A stretch of DNA of 64,000 bases, from contig CAUJFL010000093.1 of the NCBI GenBank assembly GCA_963169165.1, positions 1,849 to 65,848 of the forward strand, read 5' to 3'. Below are positions 59,939 to 64,000 of this stretch, piece after piece. How positions within the stretch are numbered: the stretch's first letter is position 1; the number at the start of each line of letters is the position of its first letter. Origin of the DNA: Myxococcota bacterium. GTDB lineage: Bacteria > Myxococcota_A > Polyangia > Polyangiales > Polyangiaceae. The notes beneath the pieces are model-generated. The model was given only the letters and a program-made list of their open reading frames with translations. It did not search any database and had not been told where the DNA came from. The translations under genes and the position numbers were made by a program.

Positions 59939-60823
59939 TCACTGACAGTAGGTCAGCAGCGCGAGGCCGGCGCCGCGCTTCGCGCACCTGTCTGGATAAC
60001 AGTAGCCAGTCGTACACTGGCTGTTGGTCTCGCACGCCGCGCCCTCGGCCTGGAGCGGCTTGCAGGTGCCGTTGGATGGCCTGTCACAGTACGACGCCGC
60101 GTCGCAGGCGGACGGCGTGTCGGCGCAGGACGAGCCGGGAGGGAGGCGCGCGGCGCACGTGCCCTTCGCGCAGTAGGCGCCGTCGGCGCACGTCGAGTCG
60201 CCGCTGCACGGCCCGCCCACCGCCGAGATCTGCTTGCACACCGCGTCCTCGCAGGTGACACCGTCCTCGCGGTAACAGGCCGCCGCCGACGCGCCCGAGG
60301 CCGAGCCGTTCGAGATGACGAAGGTGCCGTCGACGCTGGCCGAGCACGCCGCGCCGCTGGCGGCGTGCGTCATGACTTGGCAGACCGAGTCGCAGGTCAC
60401 GAGCCCCATGGCCGACCCCGCGCAGTCTGAGATCGACTTGCAGGGTTGCCCCGGCTGCTGGGCGCCCTTGTTGGGGCCCTGCTGCGGGAACGCGCGCTTG
60501 CACGCCTCCGGCTGCGGCAGCTGGAGCCCGCAGAAGTCGGGCGACTTCGCCTGTTCGCGGTACGCGTCGAGGCAGGGCTGCACCGCGCTCGCGTCCGCCA
60601 CGGGCACCGAGCCGAACACCAGCTTGCACCCCTGCTGATCGGTCACGGGCAGCCCGGCCGCCGCGCAGCACGGCGCCAGGAGCGCGCAGTACGCTGCCGC
60701 GAACGCCGACGAGTCGGTGGTCGCGCCGCCGCCGTCATCGCCGCCGCCGCCGCCTCCGCAGCCGATCGACGTGACGAGGACGGCCAGTGACGTGAGCGTG
60801 AGCGAGCGGAGGGCACGGAGCAT
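59939..60823 (-). CDS. cysteine-rich lipoprotein
   Basis: 294 aa. The signal is 'LAVLVTSIGCGGGGGG'. More than 30 Cys occur in repeated 'C....G.C' modules. Confidence 0.75.
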   Translation of the reverse strand: MLRALRSLTLTSLAVLVTSIGCGGGGGGDDGGGATTDSSAFAAAYCALLAPCCAAAGLPVTDQQGCKLVFGSVPVADASAVQPCLDAYREQAKSPDFCGLQLPQPEACKRAFPQQGPNKGAQQPGQPCKSISDCAGSAMGLVTCDSVCQVMTHAASGAACSASVDGTFVISNGSASGASAAACYREDGVTCEDAVCKQISAVGGPCSGDSTCADGAYCAKGTCAARLPPGSSCADTPSACDAASYCDRPSNGTCKPLQAEGAACETNSQCTTGYCYPDRCAKRGAGLALLTYCQ

Positions 60824-60892
60824 CCGGTCACGTTACCCCAATCGCGGCCGGCGCGGTGCGGTCGCGCGCTCGCTCTGCTAGCGTGGGCGCCC

Positions 60893-62776
60893 GTGCGCGC
60901 CTCGATCCCCACCCTCTTGCTGGCTGGCTGCGTCGTCGTGTCGTGCGGCGCGGGCGAGGAGGCCGACGCCGTCGGCGGCACCTCCGGGGCGCTCGCCGGG
61001 GCGGGGGGCGTCGCGGGCGCCGCGGGGGTGGGGGGCGAGGCGTCGGCGGGCGGTGAGGGTGGCGCTGCGGGCGGAGCGGCCGGCGCCGCCGGCGCCACCT
61101 CGAGCGCGGGGTTCCCTTCGACCGCGGGCAGCGCGGGCACGGCGGGCAAGGGAGCCGCCTCGGGCGCGGCGTCCGCGGCGGGCAACGCAGGCGTGGCGGG
61201 CTCTGCGCCCGGCGGCGCGGGCGGAGCGCCTTCGTTCACTTGCGCGAAGGCCAAGGGCACCGGCGCGCCGACGACGGCGCACGTCCCGGCCGAGTACGTC
61301 GCGCGTGCCTACGTCGAGGCGTTCGGACGACTGCCAGACGACGGCGGATGGAACTACTATTTGAACATGTTCGCAAAGTCGGGGTGCGGCGTCGACACGC
61401 TGCGCGTCATCGCCGACTTCTTCAAGTCGACCGAGTTCTTGTCGAAACCGCTCTCGACCGCCGAGCGAACTACGGCGCTCGCGCGCGGCGTGTTGCTTCA
61501 TGATCCCTCTCCGCTCCACGTGCTGCACGCGGCCGACGTGCTCGCCAAGGGTGGCCCCGAGGCCTGGTGCGACCTCGTCGACGAGTACGAGCAGTCGCAG
61601 GTGTTCGTGGACCACGCGAAGACGCTCTGCGACCCATCCAATCACAATTTTCACTTCGAGGCGGAGGCCCCGCCGTTCGCCGTCGCCGGCGAGCTGACCG
61701 GAGAGGCGCTGCAGGCGTCGCTGGCGGCGGCCCCGAGCGGGGGCGTCGTCGAGGTCCCCGAGGGCACGCTCGTGCAGGTGAAGAAGACGCTCGACGTCCC
61801 GGGCGGCGTCACGCTGCGCACGTCGGGGGCGAGCGGGCTCACGGGGAGGCGCCTCTACCCCAGGCTCGCTCGCCTCGCGCGCGCGGCGCCGTTCGTCGGA
61901 CCGGTCGTGCGGCTCGCCGCGGGCGCGACGCTCGAGCTCGTCTGGGTCGACGGGCGGCGGCGAGATTTCCTCGCGCCGGACCAGCGGATGCTCGGCGAGA
62001 ACATCCGCACCGAGCCCACCGCCTCGAAGCCCAGCGTCGTGCGCTGGGTGCGCTCCGACAACCCCGCGGGCCCGCAGAACATCCGCGTCGCGAGCGTCGA
62101 CGGCGAGGAGTGCGGCGCCGACGTCACCGTCCAGGAGAACCTCGTGGTCAACTGGAGCAACGACAACCGCCCCGGCTCGCAGGCGCTCTGGTCCGACGGG
62201 ATCTTCGCGCACTGCGAGCGCAGCCGCGTGCTCGACAACGAGGTGCTCGATCCGAGCGACGTCGCGCTCATCATGTTCGTCTCGGAGAACGGCAAGCAGC
62301 GCTCGACGATCGCTGGCAACCGCGTCCTGTTGGCCGGCAACGACGCGTTCGGGGGGCTGGTGGTCGACACGTGGACCGGGTTTCGTTGCGGCGGGGCGCC
62401 CTGCGACTTCGTGGGTGCGAGCTTCAAGGACAACGTGCTGTTCAGCGGTCCGAACACACGCTTCGTGTTCGGCGTCTCGACCAGCAGCGCGCCGTGGAAG
62501 TTCATCGGGTCGCACGGGTCCGCGCGGGGCGCCAAGTTTCTCCACACGACGAGCGGCGCCTCGCGCGTGCGGCTGCAGGTGGCGCTGTACGCGGCCCACA
62601 TGACCGACACGGAGATCGCTGACAACTGGGACGGGACGCTGCTCGATTTCGTCGACGCGAGCGGGAGCGAGCCCCCCAACGCCTGCCCGAAGGCCGCGAC
62701 GGTGCGCGAGATCGCGACGACCTCGGGCAGCATCCAGGCCTCGACGCCCGGCGACCTCACCGACTGCATCCAGTGA
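60893..62776 (+). CDS. secreted protein: G/A linker + DUF4214 + right-handed beta-helix-like domain
   Basis: It has a GTG start and the signal 'LLLAGCVVVSC'. The linker is encoded at about 60945-61225. 'YVARAYVEAFGRLPDDGGWNYYLNMF' matches DUF4214. The C-terminal roughly 400 aa have periodic 'V.DN.V'/'GN.V' turns suggesting a pectate-lyase-like beta-helix. Confidence 0.78.
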   Translation: MRASIPTLLLAGCVVVSCGAGEEADAVGGTSGALAGAGGVAGAAGVGGEASAGGEGGAAGGAAGAAGATSSAGFPSTAGSAGTAGKGAASGAASAAGNAGVAGSAPGGAGGAPSFTCAKAKGTGAPTTAHVPAEYVARAYVEAFGRLPDDGGWNYYLNMFAKSGCGVDTLRVIADFFKSTEFLSKPLSTAERTTALARGVLLHDPSPLHVLHAADVLAKGGPEAWCDLVDEYEQSQVFVDHAKTLCDPSNHNFHFEAEAPPFAVAGELTGEALQASLAAAPSGGVVEVPEGTLVQVKKTLDVPGGVTLRTSGASGLTGRRLYPRLARLARAAPFVGPVVRLAAGATLELVWVDGRRRDFLAPDQRMLGENIRTEPTASKPSVVRWVRSDNPAGPQNIRVASVDGEECGADVTVQENLVVNWSNDNRPGSQALWSDGIFAHCERSRVLDNEVLDPSDVALIMFVSENGKQRSTIAGNRVLLAGNDAFGGLVVDTWTGFRCGGAPCDFVGASFKDNVLFSGPNTRFVFGVSTSSAPWKFIGSHGSARGAKFLHTTSGASRVRLQVALYAAHMTDTEIADNWDGTLLDFVDASGSEPPNACPKAATVREIATTSGSIQASTPGDLTDCIQ

Positions 62777-62842
62777 CGCGTCGGCGCGGGCGTGGCGGCT
62801 CGCGCGTGACAGCGACGTGGGGGCGGGGCAGACTCCGCGCCC

Positions 62843-64000
62843 ATGTCCGCCTCCTTCGATCGCCGCGCGTCCGAGCCCGCGCCCGATGCCCCCGCACGCT
62901 CGAAGCCGCCCGCGAAGGCCAGCCACGACGTCGCCGCGCCGCCGGCGCTCATCTCGTTCATGCTGAAGAGCTGGAAGCCCCGGCCGCGACGCGCTCCGAA
63001 GAAGGTCCCGCACGCGGCCGCGCACCACGCGCGCCGCCGCGCCCTCTCGGCGCTCTTCCCCGGCGAGGCGCTGATCATCCCGAGCGGTCACGAGAAGGTC
63101 CGCGCCAACGACACGCACTACCGGTTTCGTCCCGGGACCGACTTCTTCTATCTCACGGGCAACCACGAGCCCGACTGCGTGCTCGTGATGCTGCCGAAGA
63201 AGGGCGGCCACGAGGACGTGCTCTTCGTCGAGCCGAACCCCGGCCGCTCCGACAAGACCTTCTTCACCGATCGCAACAAGGGCGAGCTGTGGGTCGGGCC
63301 GCGGCTCGGCGTGCCGGAGAGCCGCGCGCGCTTCGGCGTCAAGAGGTGCGCGGGGCTCGACTCGCTCGACGCGCGGCTCGCCGAGCTGCAAGCGCGTGGG
63401 GCCCGCGTGTTGCGCGGCCTCTCCGAGCGCGTCGACGCGAAGTTCAAGCCCACCAAGGAGGCGAAGGAGCGCGACCGCCAGCTCGCCGAGGCGCTCTCCG
63501 AGCTGCGCCTCAAGAAGGATCCGGCCGAGCTGCGCGAGCTGTCGTCGGCCATCGCCTCGACCCACCGCGGGTTCGACGACGTGATCGCGCGGATGCGCGG
63601 CGCGAAGAGCGAGCGCGAGCTCGAGGGAGTGTTCGGCCTGCGCGCGCGGATCGAGGGCAACGACGTCGGGTACGGCACGATCGCGGCGAGCGGCCACCAC
63701 GCTTGCACGCTGCACTGGACCCGCAACGACGGCGCGATCGAGCAGGGAGACCTGTTGCTGCTCGACGCGGGCGTCGAGGCCGACTCGCTCTACACGGCGG
63801 ACATCACGCGCACGCTGCCGATCTCGGGCAAGTTCTCCAGGGAGCAGCGCGTCGTCTACGATCTGGTGGCGAAGGCGCAGGACGCGGCCTTCGCCGAGGT
63901 GCGGCCGGGGCGAGACTTCCTCGCGCCGAACCGCGCGGCCATGAAGGTGCTGACCGAGGGGCTGATCGAGCTCGGCGTCCTCCGCTGCAGCGCCGAGGAG
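62843..64000 (+). CDS. pepP: Xaa-Pro aminopeptidase (M24B), 3' end outside window
   Basis: My own translation from ATG 62843. The AMP_N motif is 'HYRFRPGTDFFYLTG'. M24 motifs are 'YGTIAASGHHACTLHW' and 'LLLLDAGVEADSLYTADITRT'. It is absent from the ORF track because there is no stop in the window. Confidence 0.88.
   Translation, partial: MSASFDRRASEPAPDAPARSKPPAKASHDVAAPPALISFMLKSWKPRPRRAPKKVPHAAAHHARRRALSALFPGEALIIPSGHEKVRANDTHYRFRPGTDFFYLTGNHEPDCVLVMLPKKGGHEDVLFVEPNPGRSDKTFFTDRNKGELWVGPRLGVPESRARFGVKRCAGLDSLDARLAELQARGARVLRGLSERVDAKFKPTKEAKERDRQLAEALSELRLKKDPAELRELSSAIASTHRGFDDVIARMRGAKSERELEGVFGLRARIEGNDVGYGTIAASGHHACTLHWTRNDGAIEQGDLLLLDAGVEADSLYTADITRTLPISGKFSREQRVVYDLVAKAQDAAFAEVRPGRDFLAPNRAAMKVLTEGLIELGVLRCSAEE

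Noticed and set aside
60878-63715. 945-aa minus-strand ORF
   Set aside because: It is antisense to the DUF4214/beta-helix gene and to pepP. It is Arg-rich and has no recognisable domains.

Overview
This is a 64-kb, very GC-rich chromosomal segment. My hand counts of typical 60-nt lines give 70-78% GC. The protein repertoire suggests a myxobacterium of the Polyangia type (inference only). It includes a Myxococcus-type cysteine-rich repeat, a Ser/Thr kinase with DUF4388-like modules, and at least 7 lipoproteins carrying Gly/Ala/Ser/Thr low-complexity linkers. I call about 61 protein-coding genes. I recognised no rRNA, tRNA, CRISPR array, transposase or integrase. The backbone is housekeeping: uvrD, purB, rsmA, a MoxR/DUF58 operon, alkB, rpoZ, tig-clpP-clpX, lysC, dnaG, an ABC importer and pepP. 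Many long ORFs in the six-frame track (for example 30241-35424, 60878-63715, 49553-52165) are off-frame or antisense artefacts of the high GC content. Several listed ORFs are chimeras whose true starts lie inside them, and I re-derived those starts by hand. Observations worth follow-up: (1) a co-directional radical-SAM(B12)/TPR - ATP-grasp - GCS2 ligase cassette, in which the ATP-grasp frame has no stop before it overlaps the ligase gene; (2) a Ser/Thr kinase - membrane protein - GT39 - SprT/DUF2786 operon with GTGA start/stop overlaps, 3 kb from a polyprenyl-phosphate-sugar-synthase-like GT2, which may be a protein O-glycosylation module; (3) imperfect direct repeats of about 44 bp that exactly bracket a 1.8-kb two-gene module (ECF sigma + DHFR-like); (4) a lower-GC islet (about 59%) with two small atypical-codon ORFs next to a BrnT/BrnA toxin-antitoxin pair and a frameshifted gene; (5) a lipoprotein carrying a eukaryote-type MIB/HERC2-like domain plus tandem LytR_C-like repeats; (6) a SEC-C-motif coiled-coil protein ending in a RelE/ParE-like module, 4 nt downstream of uvrD. 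All functional calls rest on motif recognition by eye. No database search was run.
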